Virus record (IMG/VR): IMGVR_UViG_3300030019_000001
Strand: one strand, 5' to 3'
DNA length: 64,000 bases
Source: a virus
Taxonomy: Duplodnaviria; Heunggongvirae; Uroviricota; Caudoviricetes
Shown: positions 1 to 9,359 of the stretch, in pieces
Layout of the letters: every line of letters begins with the position of its first letter
How positions within the stretch are numbered: the stretch's first letter is position 1
Notes under the pieces: model-generated
Database searches by the model: none
What the model was told of the DNA's origin: nothing
The model's input: only the letters and a program-made list of their open reading frames with translations
Made by a program: the position numbers and the translations under genes

Positions 1-368
1 GTGTAGATGAAGTTATCAATTTCAATTCTTTGAGTAAAGAAAACATTTGTAGCATTGTTGATGTTGAATGTAAATCTTTAATTTCAAATCTTAAAGAAAA
101 AGGATATGATGTAATTATATCTCAATCACTTAAAGATTATTTATTTGAAAATGGTTATGATGAAAATTATGGTGCAAGACCATTAAAGAGAGTCATTCAG
201 AGTAATATTGAAGATAAACTTACTGATGCTATTATTGATCAAGAAATATCAGTTGGTGATACATTATCATTGATATATGATAAAGAAAGTTCTTCAGTTA
301 AAATCTTTAAAATTTCAAATAACGAAATTAAGAATGGTAACATATTGACAGAAAATACTAAAGTTTAA
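1..368 (+). CDS. Clp/Hsp100 AAA+ chaperone (ClpB/ClpC-like), C-terminal fragment; the gene starts upstream of the window
   Basis: The frame is open from nt 3 (VDEVINFNSLSKENICSIVDVE...YGARPLKRVIQ). This matches the D2 small-domain / C-terminal signature of ClpA/B/C (IDEIVVF.PL..E.L..IV / GARPLRR.IQ). Confidence 0.6.
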   Translation, partial: VDEVINFNSLSKENICSIVDVECKSLISNLKEKGYDVIISQSLKDYLFENGYDENYGARPLKRVIQSNIEDKLTDAIIDQEISVGDTLSLIYDKESSSVKIFKISNNEIKNGNILTENTKV

Positions 369-370
369 TA

Positions 371-676
371 ATGATTACATGGAAAAATTTAAATGTTAAT
401 GATAAAATATTCTATGTTATCTTAAATAAAGATAACATAGAAATATTTCTTAATAGTGAAATGAAAATAGAAGAAATGACAATAATTAACATTATTGACA
501 ATAATAAAAATATTCTATTTAATACTGACATACTTGGTGATGTTGAAATGACATACAATGAATATAATTATGTTAGTTATATTACTTCATATTTAGATGA
601 CTCACTTGTTATAATATCAACAGATCATTCTGGAATAATAACAGAATTAACAAAAATATTAAGAAAATTGAGATAA
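371..676 (+). CDS. hypothetical protein
   Basis: 101 aa ORF immediately after the clp fragment, followed by an intrinsic terminator. Confidence 0.4.
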   Translation: MITWKNLNVNDKIFYVILNKDNIEIFLNSEMKIEEMTIINIIDNNKNILFNTDILGDVEMTYNEYNYVSYITSYLDDSLVIISTDHSGIITELTKILRKLR

Positions 677-691
677 CATATATTTTGATAA

Positions 692-720
692 AAGCCTCTG
701 ATAATCAGAGGCTTTTTTGT
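692..720 (+). terminator. intrinsic terminator
   Basis: Hairpin aagcctctg-ataat-cagaggctt followed by tttttt. Confidence 0.65.
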
Positions 721-796
721 TAAAAAATTAAATGATTTTTTTATATATAATATTTAACATTTATTAAGTAATTATCATAAAAAAATATCAAAAAAT

Positions 797-1900
797 ATGT
801 CAGATGAACATTATAGAATATATTTTCAAAGAAAATTTAAAACCAGTAAAAAATATAATGACTTTTACAATACATTATTAGATTTAGATATCAAAAATTT
901 ATTTGAGGTTTTACATAAGTTAAGATTACCTAATGGTTTTTATAAAGCATCAGTTTCTAACGATTATAGTTATAGTTGGTTGAGAGATAATTTTTTTTGT
1001 TCATTTCCAGAATTGTGGAATGATACAGAAAAATATATTCAAACATATCAAACCTGGTTAGATTATTATAAAAATATTGAAACACAATATGGAAAATTTT
1101 CATCTCTAATCAATAAGAAAAAAATAGATTTTGATTGGGAATTTCCAAATCCAAGAATAAATATAGATTTAACAGAAATTCATTCTGGTTGGAATCATAT
1201 TCAAATTGATCAAATAGGATATTTTCTATATGGAATAGCTATTGGTGAAAAAAATGGGTTAAATATAATTAGAGATAAAACTGACATCGATATTATATCA
1301 ACTGTGATTAAATTATTAGATGCTATTGATTATCATACTGTACCAGAATCTGGTGCATGGGAAGAAGGTAAAGAGGCGCCAAGAGCATCTACTATTGGAG
1401 TGATTGTTGCTGGATTAACATCAATTAAAATGTGTGATAAAATTGACGTCAATATTCCTGAACATTTAATAGAAAATGGTATTGAAACATTGAATGGTAT
1501 ATTACCAAATGAAACACCAACACGAAAATATGATTTAGCTCAATTATTTCTTATCTATCCATTTAATTTATTAACTGTAGAAATGTCAAAAACTATATTA
1601 AAAAATATAGAGGATAATTTATTAGATGAGAATGGAGTATATAGATATTTAGATGATAAATATTATAACACAAATGGCGAAGCAACTTGGTTATTCGGAC
1701 TAAGCTATTTAGGCTTAATATATTGTCAATTAGGGGAAAAAGAGAAAGCAAAATATTTTTATGAAAAAATTGTAAATGAATCTATTGACTATGAAATACC
1801 CGAATTGTATTATCATGGAACAAAAACTCCAAATGATAATAATCCTCTAAGTTGGAGTATAGCAATGACTATTGAATTGGCTCACATGCTTAAAAATTAA
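797..1900 (+). CDS. glycoside hydrolase family 15 (glucoamylase-like) protein
   Basis: SYSWLRDNFF matches the GH15 YTWTRD active-site motif, and ESGAWEEGKE matches the LWEE general-acid region. The length and predicted (alpha/alpha)6 fold are plausible. Confidence 0.5.
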   Translation: MSDEHYRIYFQRKFKTSKKYNDFYNTLLDLDIKNLFEVLHKLRLPNGFYKASVSNDYSYSWLRDNFFCSFPELWNDTEKYIQTYQTWLDYYKNIETQYGKFSSLINKKKIDFDWEFPNPRINIDLTEIHSGWNHIQIDQIGYFLYGIAIGEKNGLNIIRDKTDIDIISTVIKLLDAIDYHTVPESGAWEEGKEAPRASTIGVIVAGLTSIKMCDKIDVNIPEHLIENGIETLNGILPNETPTRKYDLAQLFLIYPFNLLTVEMSKTILKNIEDNLLDENGVYRYLDDKYYNTNGEATWLFGLSYLGLIYCQLGEKEKAKYFYEKIVNESIDYEIPELYYHGTKTPNDNNPLSWSIAMTIELAHMLKN

Positions 1901-1982
1901 ATAAAAAGAAAATATAACCTTATTAGGTTATATTTTCTTTTATAACAAGCCAGTGTTATAAATATTATTTAAGACTAATAGA

Positions 1983-2597
1983 TCATTCTGGTATTATTCT
2001 AATTTTAGGTCTTTCAGTAGTTTTTGTTATTTTATTTTTTAGTATTTCATCATGTTCGTTAAGCTTAATTAATCCGAATATAGCATAATTAATCATATCA
2101 AAATAATTTGCATCTATACCTTCAGAAATTGTAGTTTTTCCATCATTATCTTCAATTTGTTTAGTTCTATAAATCTTCATTAAAATTAAATCTGTGTATG
2201 ATTCCATTCTCATTGTTCTCCAAGCCTCATCATAATCATGATTTTTATTTAGCATCAATTCTTTAGCATTCTGTATATATTTAGTATATAATTCAATACC
2301 TTTATCATATGATAAATCATCTGAATCAGAATATCCAAGTTCTAATTGAATTAGCCCCATTATACCATAATTCACAATTGCTATTAGCTCAGAATTTATT
2401 CCTTCATCAATTTTTTTATCTAATTTAGTTTCTATACTTCTAATTCGTCTCGCTTTTATGAATATTTGATCTGTGACAGATTTTTGTCTTAAAATTCTCC
2501 AAGATGCGCCATAATCTTTCATTTTCTTCATATAAATATTTGAACAAATACTTATTACATTATCAAATTCCTCAATTGTTTTATTTGTATTACTCAT
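1983..2597 (-). CDS. hypothetical protein with internal tandem-duplicated ~90 aa domain
   Basis: Two repeats: DYGASWRILRQKSVTDQIFIKARRIRSIE and HDYDEAWRTMRMESYTDLILMKIYRTKQIE. Confidence 0.5.
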   Translation of the reverse strand: MSNTNKTIEEFDNVISICSNIYMKKMKDYGASWRILRQKSVTDQIFIKARRIRSIETKLDKKIDEGINSELIAIVNYGIMGLIQLELGYSDSDDLSYDKGIELYTKYIQNAKELMLNKNHDYDEAWRTMRMESYTDLILMKIYRTKQIEDNDGKTTISEGIDANYFDMINYAIFGLIKLNEHDEILKNKITKTTERPKIRIIPE

Positions 2598-3315
2598 TGT
2601 TTTTTAATATGTTATTTAGTTTATCTGCTCTTTTTTCTTTTATCGACAGTTTTTCATTTTCATATAATACTTGTTCAAACTTAAAATTAACTTTCAATTT
2701 GCTTAGACTGCAATAACCGTTTTTGAATTTGAAATTGTTTTCAATTTTTGTGAATTGTAAATTTGTATAGTGTAATGTCAATACATCCGAAATTTCTATT
2801 TTAACAGACATTTTAATTTTATCATTTATCAATTCCATTAATTTTTCATATGGCTGAATTCTATTTCCATCCATTTTACAATCAAATATAAAAGAGTTAT
2901 CAGTTATTTCACATAATGATTTAGATAGTGATCCATCATCTAATTCAAAATCAACAATATAACTCATTGATTCCAATTGATTCAATTCTTCTGATGTTTT
3001 CCACATATTAGATGTAAAACTTCCAATATAATTTCCATTATAATTTCCATTATAAATATTTGAATAATATGGATTAGAACTAACACTAGACGTGTCAATT
3101 GATCCATACATATATGAATTAGATAATCCAATTGATGCACTTGATGTAATTAATGAACTTAATTGACATGTCGCTGTTGCTGTAGTTCCATCTATTGGTG
3201 TTTCAAATTCTGAGAAAGACACTTCTTTTTTGCTGTATTTATCTGATGTAGGTGAAGTTGAAGTATGTGAAAGTTCACCTGGTGAGTTATTTAATAATGT
3301 ATTGAATATAGACAT
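2590..3315 (-). CDS. hypothetical protein (S/T-rich N-terminus)
   Basis: 241 aa ORF with a 4-nt overlap to the downstream gene. Confidence 0.45.
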   Translation of the reverse strand: MSIFNTLLNNSPGELSHTSTSPTSDKYSKKEVSFSEFETPIDGTTATATCQLSSLITSSASIGLSNSYMYGSIDTSSVSSNPYYSNIYNGNYNGNYIGSFTSNMWKTSEELNQLESMSYIVDFELDDGSLSKSLCEITDNSFIFDCKMDGNRIQPYEKLMELINDKIKMSVKIEISDVLTLHYTNLQFTKIENNFKFKNGYCSLSKLKVNFKFEQVLYENEKLSIKEKRADKLNNILKNNE

Positions 3316-3395
3316 AAAAATTTTTATTATTTTTATTATTTTTATATTACAAAGTTTATTTTTTTATATATAGAAAAAAATACAATAACGACAAT

Positions 3396-5282
3396 ATGTC
3401 CAGTACTAAGAAAATAATAAAGATTAATCCAAATGTCTTAATGGAATGGACATTTGATAATGAAAATAACGTGACAGAAAATTACAAAGTTATAACAAAT
3501 CTTAATGAAAATAAAAAAAGAAGTTTTATATCTACTTCAAATAATAACAATACAAATAATAACTTATTTTTATTAGATACTGTTTTAAGAAAATATACTC
3601 AGATTGACGTATCAAAGTATAATTTTTTACAATATCAAGATTATAATACTGCTCCTATTCCATATGATAAAGTTAAGTTATATTTACCAACTAATTATAA
3701 TTTTGTTTTAAATGGATATGTTGGATTATATGTTAAAATTTACACATATGATTATTATAATGAAAAAGTGTACGAATTAGCTAACATATTTTTTGATTCA
3801 ACCACAAAATCAACTTCAGGTATGACATTATCTATTCCATTTTTGTATGATGAACAAGAATGGGGTAAATATTATGAATTTCAAATACCGTCAATTGATT
3901 ATGTTTCTAATCAAAGAATAACTTCATTAAAAGAAAATATAGTCTCAAATAATACAATCAATGATAATTTTACTCTTGGTGTAGGATTAAGTCAAACATC
4001 ACCAATTTTTGTGGATTTTAAATATTTAGTTACAAAAGAAACTGTTCTTGGTACAACATATTTTTATTCATCAGAATCTTATAATACATCATTTTCAAAA
4101 AGTGCAGATTACAATACATTAGCTGTAAATATAAATGAATCATTGGAAGGAGATTTCTTTGAAATTAAAGGAACATATGGTAATTCAAGTCAAAATTTGG
4201 ATAATTTCATAAGAGAAATGGAAAATAAAGGTCGTAGAATGCGTATTGAATATGATATTTATCTATTAGAAGAAAATATTCAAACAAATATGCAAACTGT
4301 TGTTGTGTCAGGTAATGGATCAAATGATGATTTCACAAAAACTATATTATATAGACCAATTTTAACTTTCTCAAATACAACTGCTGCAATTAGAGTTGTT
4401 ATGAGAGTTATTGATTTAGTAGATATGAGCACAATTGAAAGAACATCTACATTAGGTTTAGATAACAATATTCAAAAATATGGTAAAAAATTAATCAGTT
4501 TAAATATACAAAATTTAAACAAACTTAAAATATATAATGCAAAACCAGATGAAATTGTTTTGGGAAAAGACTACTTATCTGGTAATATAACAACTGAAAT
4601 TGTGAAGGTTAATTCTCCTCAATTAATAGAAGTTGGAAAATTAATAGTTAATAGTTCATCTAATAGTTCATCAACAGCATTGACTAATAATGATTATAAA
4701 ACTATGGGATTATTAAATATCGTAATCACACCATTTGATAATATTATTCAATTTAGATTAGCATCTCTTCAGTCAACAAATGGTACTACTAACCAATTAG
4801 TTATATATGATTTATCTACTATATTAAATAATTCTGAATTGGTATTGATATTTAAATCTGATTCAGAAACCATAGAAAAATCTATATATAAAGAGGCATC
4901 AAATGATTATGTAAATGGTATAGTGAATTTTAAAATTATAGAAAATGATCTAACAGTATTAAAATCAATTTACAATAAAGGATTTACTAATTTTTATTTG
5001 ACATTGGTATCAAACAATCAATCATCAAATGGCACTAATCAAGTCATTGGAATAGATAAAGTAAGAACATTATTATATTCTGGTACATTTACACTATTTG
5101 AAGATATAACATTTGTTGATAATAATACAAATTATATTTCTGATTCAAGTAGCTCTGTTCCTATATCATCAGGTAGTTCATCTACTAACACTACTACATC
5201 ATCAGAATCTATATGGCCTATGGCAGGCAGAACAGTTATTATTTATACAAAATATAAAGATACATCTTCTACATCAAATTAA
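3396..5282 (+). CDS. large hypothetical protein (possible structural or adhesin)
   Basis: 628 aa N/S/T-rich ORF with no recognisable catalytic motif. Confidence 0.55.
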   Translation: MSSTKKIIKINPNVLMEWTFDNENNVTENYKVITNLNENKKRSFISTSNNNNTNNNLFLLDTVLRKYTQIDVSKYNFLQYQDYNTAPIPYDKVKLYLPTNYNFVLNGYVGLYVKIYTYDYYNEKVYELANIFFDSTTKSTSGMTLSIPFLYDEQEWGKYYEFQIPSIDYVSNQRITSLKENIVSNNTINDNFTLGVGLSQTSPIFVDFKYLVTKETVLGTTYFYSSESYNTSFSKSADYNTLAVNINESLEGDFFEIKGTYGNSSQNLDNFIREMENKGRRMRIEYDIYLLEENIQTNMQTVVVSGNGSNDDFTKTILYRPILTFSNTTAAIRVVMRVIDLVDMSTIERTSTLGLDNNIQKYGKKLISLNIQNLNKLKIYNAKPDEIVLGKDYLSGNITTEIVKVNSPQLIEVGKLIVNSSSNSSSTALTNNDYKTMGLLNIVITPFDNIIQFRLASLQSTNGTTNQLVIYDLSTILNNSELVLIFKSDSETIEKSIYKEASNDYVNGIVNFKIIENDLTVLKSIYNKGFTNFYLTLVSNNQSSNGTNQVIGIDKVRTLLYSGTFTLFEDITFVDNNTNYISDSSSSVPISSGSSSTNTTTSSESIWPMAGRTVIIYTKYKDTSSTSN

Positions 5283-5293
5283 AATAATTAATA

Positions 5294-6568
5294 ATGATAA
5301 CTACAACTACAACTACAACAATATTAAATGGTAAAGTTGATTTACTTAATGTATTAAATATGTCATCTGGTACAACATTAAGTTATAATTCATCAATTGA
5401 GAGTATTATAAATTTACAAGGAGGTACTATTTTATATTCATATGATAATATGATAATAGCATCTGAAATTACAGATTCATTCTATAGTGAATTAATAAAA
5501 AATCCTAATATTGAGTATATAGATTCTTTGCCATTAAAAAAATATGGTGATATAAATTATGACTTAATAAACCAAATTAAAATTGATACAGGTAATAGTT
5601 CTAATTTGAGTTCTAACCCGATTACAAATTCCGGATCAACTATCACTGGCTCAGGTAGTAAATATAATAACGTATTCACAACTGGTATAAATGTAACTGG
5701 TTATACCAATGATATCACGAATTCTATAAATACATTAAATACACTTACCACTACACTACAAGATGGAGTATCAGGAAATTCTAATATTCCAACTAGAACA
5801 ATAATACATCCTATCATCACAAATGAATATTTCGATTTAAGTGTAGAAACAAATAGTAAATTTGATTATCTTATAACTGCAACTGGAACTTCACCTATAA
5901 AATATGAACTCATATCTCCAGGTAATTATACTGGAACAGTAGGAATAAATTTGAACAGAATAAGTGGAGTAACATCATCTGTAAGTGGAGTATATAATTT
6001 TAGATATAGTGCAATAAATTATTACGGATCAGCATCAAAAAATTTAGTTTTAACTGTCATAGATTATGTTAAAATAACTAATACAAATTTAGTAATTAAT
6101 AGCAAATTTGGAACAACTATTACATATCAAATATCATCAAATGGTTATCCTAGTTCATATGATGCAACTCCGTTACCATCAGGATTAAGTATAAATAATT
6201 TAACTGGAGTAATTAATGGAATTTGTTCTGAAACAGGTAGTACGATTGTGAATCTAATAGCATCTGGAATAACAGGGGTTGATTCTAAACAGTTATCTAT
6301 TGGTGTTGGCTACATTCCTATTATTACTAGTTCTGGTTCTGTTTTAGGTAGTTATTATTTTCCTTTTAATTACACAATAGAATCAACAGATATAAATTCA
6401 ACATATAAAATAATAGGTAAATTGCCTAGCGGATTAAATCTTCTGGGTAATATAATAAGTGGTACACCTAATTATCCTGGAATATCAAATATAAAAATAA
6501 AAGCCATTAATGCATTTGGTGATTCAACTAAAGATTTAACAATTACAATTCCGAATTTTAATATATAA
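5294..6568 (+). CDS. surface or structural protein with N-terminal subtilisin-propeptide (I9)-like module and three Ig-like (putative-Ig-domain, He_PIG-type) repeats
   Basis: The N-terminal GGTILYSYDNMIIASEITDSFYSELIKNPNIEYIDSLPLKKY resembles the I9 propeptide fold. Three ~90 aa repeats carry the LPSGLxxxxxTGxIxGTP-like motif. Confidence 0.5.
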   Translation: MITTTTTTTILNGKVDLLNVLNMSSGTTLSYNSSIESIINLQGGTILYSYDNMIIASEITDSFYSELIKNPNIEYIDSLPLKKYGDINYDLINQIKIDTGNSSNLSSNPITNSGSTITGSGSKYNNVFTTGINVTGYTNDITNSINTLNTLTTTLQDGVSGNSNIPTRTIIHPIITNEYFDLSVETNSKFDYLITATGTSPIKYELISPGNYTGTVGINLNRISGVTSSVSGVYNFRYSAINYYGSASKNLVLTVIDYVKITNTNLVINSKFGTTITYQISSNGYPSSYDATPLPSGLSINNLTGVINGICSETGSTIVNLIASGITGVDSKQLSIGVGYIPIITSSGSVLGSYYFPFNYTIESTDINSTYKIIGKLPSGLNLLGNIISGTPNYPGISNIKIKAINAFGDSTKDLTITIPNFNI

Positions 6569-6584
6569 AATAACAACTTAACAA

Positions 6585-6833
6585 ATGGCAACATCAACAC
6601 AAAGTTCACTATTTAAAGGATTAACATATAATGATGACATAACAAATGAAATTATATCAAGTGGAGGTACTATAGTGTTTACTAGGGATAACGTCATAAT
6701 GGCATCTGAAATTTCTGAAGCTGAATATAGATCATTGTTAAATAACCCAAATATATTAAAACTGGAAGTTCTACCATTAAAAAGATATGGAAATGAAGGA
6801 ATTACTTCTACTAGCATAACAACAACTATATAA
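6585..6833 (+). CDS. stand-alone paralog of the I9-like module
   Basis: SSGGTIVFTRDNVIMASEISEAEYRSLLNNPNILKLEVLPLKRYG aligns with the N-terminus of the 5294..6568 product. Confidence 0.4.
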   Translation: MATSTQSSLFKGLTYNDDITNEIISSGGTIVFTRDNVIMASEISEAEYRSLLNNPNILKLEVLPLKRYGNEGITSTSITTTI

Positions 6834-6836
6834 AAT

Positions 6837-7238
6837 ATGAAATATACTATGAATTATTTGAAAACTTTTGAAAAATATGATATATCTGATATAGATGATA
6901 TATTAAATCAAATATCAAATTTTTTAGATTCAAACACAAGAAATCTTTGGATATCTAATGATGAAATAAGTATATATATCAGAAGATCTAAAAGATCATT
7001 TAAAGGTAATGTATATGATTTTTTTGATTTTGCTAGTATAGATGTGACAGAACCAAATAATGGATTATTTACTAAAATACTTAAAAAATTTGAAGAAATA
7101 TATCCAGATAAAAACATTTTTATTGAATCTGTTCTAACTGATAGATTTGCTAATTATATTAAAAATGTTCTGAATTTTGAAGAAGAGTCTCCAAATTATA
7201 GCAACAATTTTTATAAAATAAAACAAATTATAAATTAA
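6837..7238 (+). CDS. hypothetical protein (MKYxxxYLKTFEKY leader family)
   Basis: 133 aa ORF. Confidence 0.45.
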   Translation: MKYTMNYLKTFEKYDISDIDDILNQISNFLDSNTRNLWISNDEISIYIRRSKRSFKGNVYDFFDFASIDVTEPNNGLFTKILKKFEEIYPDKNIFIESVLTDRFANYIKNVLNFEEESPNYSNNFYKIKQIIN

Positions 7239-7494
7239 ATATTTTTTTATTAAATTCAGAATAATCTTTATTTACAATTAAAATGTAAATATATCCCAAT
7301 TTTTTACATTCTTTTTCTTTTTCTATGTTCCTATCTTCATGAAATTTATACCAATATGATGATTTTATTTCAATTATCATATTTAATTTTTCTAAATAAA
7401 AATCTGGAAAATAAATTAAATTATCATTATTTAATTTGTATTTTATAGAAAACCCTCTTTTTATATTTCTTAATATTCCTATTTTTTCACACAA
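7228..7494 (-). CDS. PD-(D/E)XK (Vsr/DUF559-like) nuclease domain fragment; probably the C-terminal part of a split endonuclease gene
   Basis: FPDFYLEKLNMIIEIKSSYW..D..KE..L...GY matches the DFYLPE..LIIE.DG.YWH endonuclease core. The ORF needs a TTG start and lies in a different frame directly after the 7497..8300 ORF. Confidence 0.4.
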   Translation of the reverse strand: MCEKIGILRNIKRGFSIKYKLNNDNLIYFPDFYLEKLNMIIEIKSSYWYKFHEDRNIEKEKECKKLGYIYILIVNKDYSEFNKKIFNL

Positions 7495-7496
7495 TT

Positions 7497-8300
7497 CTAA
7501 AAATTTTTTTCGTATGATCCTTGATAAAATAAATTGGTATCTTTAAATTTTATCATCTTTTTAGAAGTATTTAAAATTTTATTTAAAATTTCTGTACATT
7601 GACTCGAATGATTTACTCCGTATTTAATTAAACATGTAGATTTAGTTTTTTCTTTTTTATCTTCAGATTGTAAATATTTTTCAACATCATATTTTTCTAA
7701 ACATGTTATTTTACTTTTCTCTTTAAATGATTCAGTTTGTACAAAGTACATTCCATTATTATCATTAAATTGTTTTAAAAACATTTTATTTTTTATTTTA
7801 GTATTTTCTAATGCATTTTTGCATCCATATCTTTCAATCATGGTGTTATTAAATTTTGATCTTATTTTTTTCGATTTAGATGGATGATCAACTCCTAAAT
7901 TTTTTAACCATGTAGTTTTAGCTTTATTTTTAAATAATTCACTTTTCATTGCATATTCAACTCCATATTTTTTCTTCATAATTTTTTTAATTTTTTCTGA
8001 AGCGCATTTTTTACAATAATATATATTCTCATGACAATATAAATATGAATTATTAATGCAATATAAATATGTTTTATACATCATACTTTTCTCTTTTCCA
8101 CAAGAATCACATATACCTATTATCATTATTTGATATCCTTTTTGTAAATGTTCAATAGGAATTTCTAATATATCATTAAAATTTACATTATATCCAAGAT
8201 CATTATAAATTTTTATTTTTTTTGTCGATATTTTTATTTTTATGATTTTTTCTTTTATCATTTTTACTATTAGTTTTTTTATATATACAATATACAACAC
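7497..8300 (-). CDS. zinc-ribbon plus repeated KYGV/ERYG motif protein (homing-endonuclease-like DNA-binding module)
   Basis: CDSCGKE...CKKCASE zinc ribbon, then repeats KYGVEYAMKSE / IERYGCKNALEN / LEKYDVEKYLQSE / LIKYGVNHSSQ. Confidence 0.45.
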   Translation of the reverse strand: MLYIVYIKKLIVKMIKEKIIKIKISTKKIKIYNDLGYNVNFNDILEIPIEHLQKGYQIMIIGICDSCGKEKSMMYKTYLYCINNSYLYCHENIYYCKKCASEKIKKIMKKKYGVEYAMKSELFKNKAKTTWLKNLGVDHPSKSKKIRSKFNNTMIERYGCKNALENTKIKNKMFLKQFNDNNGMYFVQTESFKEKSKITCLEKYDVEKYLQSEDKKEKTKSTCLIKYGVNHSSQCTEILNKILNTSKKMIKFKDTNLFYQGSYEKNF

Positions 8301-8362
8301 ATAAAATATATATAATTAAATCATAGTTATATTTAAATTTATATAAAAAATGAAATAAAAAT

Positions 8363-9010
8363 ATGAGAATAAGTTCGCAAAACAATCAGGTACTTTTTCA
8401 ATTGCCAACTGATATTGTGTCCAAAGAAGTTAACGATAGAATGAGTAAATATTTACATAAAAACTGGATACCATATTTAGATCCAATATCATACCTTAAC
8501 TCTACAATAAAAGAAATTGTGTTTCCAAGTATCACATATGAAGGATCTGAACAAGTACTCAAATATGGTAAGAAACTTGAGTATAAGCCATCAACAAATA
8601 TTTATGATACATATAATAATACTTTGGATATTACATTTAGAAGTGTTGATTCACATTCTAATTATTTTATGATGCAACAAATATTCAATGAATATTATAA
8701 CAATACTAGAAAACATTTTTTACCTCATATTAATTTATTTATTTTGGATAAGGATGGAGATTTTCTATATTCTGTAGTATTTAGAACTGCCCTATTTAAA
8801 TCATTATCAGAAGTTAGATTTATGTATCAGGCAATGGATGTATCTGAACAAACTTTCACAGTGCAATTCAAATTTAATTTCATGGATGTTTATTGGGATA
8901 TAACTGAAACACCTGATTATAAACAAGAGAATATATTCACATCTGAAACTTGGGATCACACTAATGAAATTTTACCAATGAAAAGACCTCAGAACAATTA
9001 TAAATTTTAA
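8363..9010 (+). CDS. hypothetical protein
   Basis: 215 aa ORF. Confidence 0.5.
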   Translation: MRISSQNNQVLFQLPTDIVSKEVNDRMSKYLHKNWIPYLDPISYLNSTIKEIVFPSITYEGSEQVLKYGKKLEYKPSTNIYDTYNNTLDITFRSVDSHSNYFMMQQIFNEYYNNTRKHFLPHINLFILDKDGDFLYSVVFRTALFKSLSEVRFMYQAMDVSEQTFTVQFKFNFMDVYWDITETPDYKQENIFTSETWDHTNEILPMKRPQNNYKF

Positions 9011-9062
9011 TATTTTAAACTTTTTATTTTAAATTGATATAATCTATCATAATAATTATATT

Positions 9063-9314
9063 ATGAAAGCTAAAAATAACGGCAAATGGAATATAGAGAA
9101 TTCAACAGAAATTGATAATATATCATATGAATTGTATCTTATTGAATTTAATGAAAAATATTTAAAAGGTTCTCCATATTTAGATCAAAAAACTTTTCGT
9201 ATGTATTATAAAGATGACGATAAATATTATAAAAATGCAAACAGAAAAATTAGGGCAAAAAAAATAAATCAATTAGAAATAAATAAACTTTCTAATAATT
9301 ATATCATACAATAA
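9063..9314 (+). CDS. hypothetical protein
   Basis: 83 aa ORF. Confidence 0.4.
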   Translation: MKAKNNGKWNIENSTEIDNISYELYLIEFNEKYLKGSPYLDQKTFRMYYKDDDKYYKNANRKIRAKKINQLEINKLSNNYIIQ

Positions 9315-9359
9315 AAACAAACAAACAAAATAAATTATTAACTTTTAAAAAAAAATAAA

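Noticed and set aside
2504-2716. Short ORFs overlapping longer genes on the opposite strand or in alternative frames: 2504, 4280, 5113, 6578, 6908, 8203, 10256, 10959, 11944, 12561, 13754, 16235, 24141, 27447, 28992, 30691, 31083, 31917, 32673, 38967, 42307, 45865, 45942, 49047, 49158, 49739, 54938, 56449, 57041, 60162, 62098, 63625.
   Set aside because: Low-complexity F/L/I/Y-rich translations are typical of antisense AT-rich DNA. Each is fully contained in a better-supported gene.
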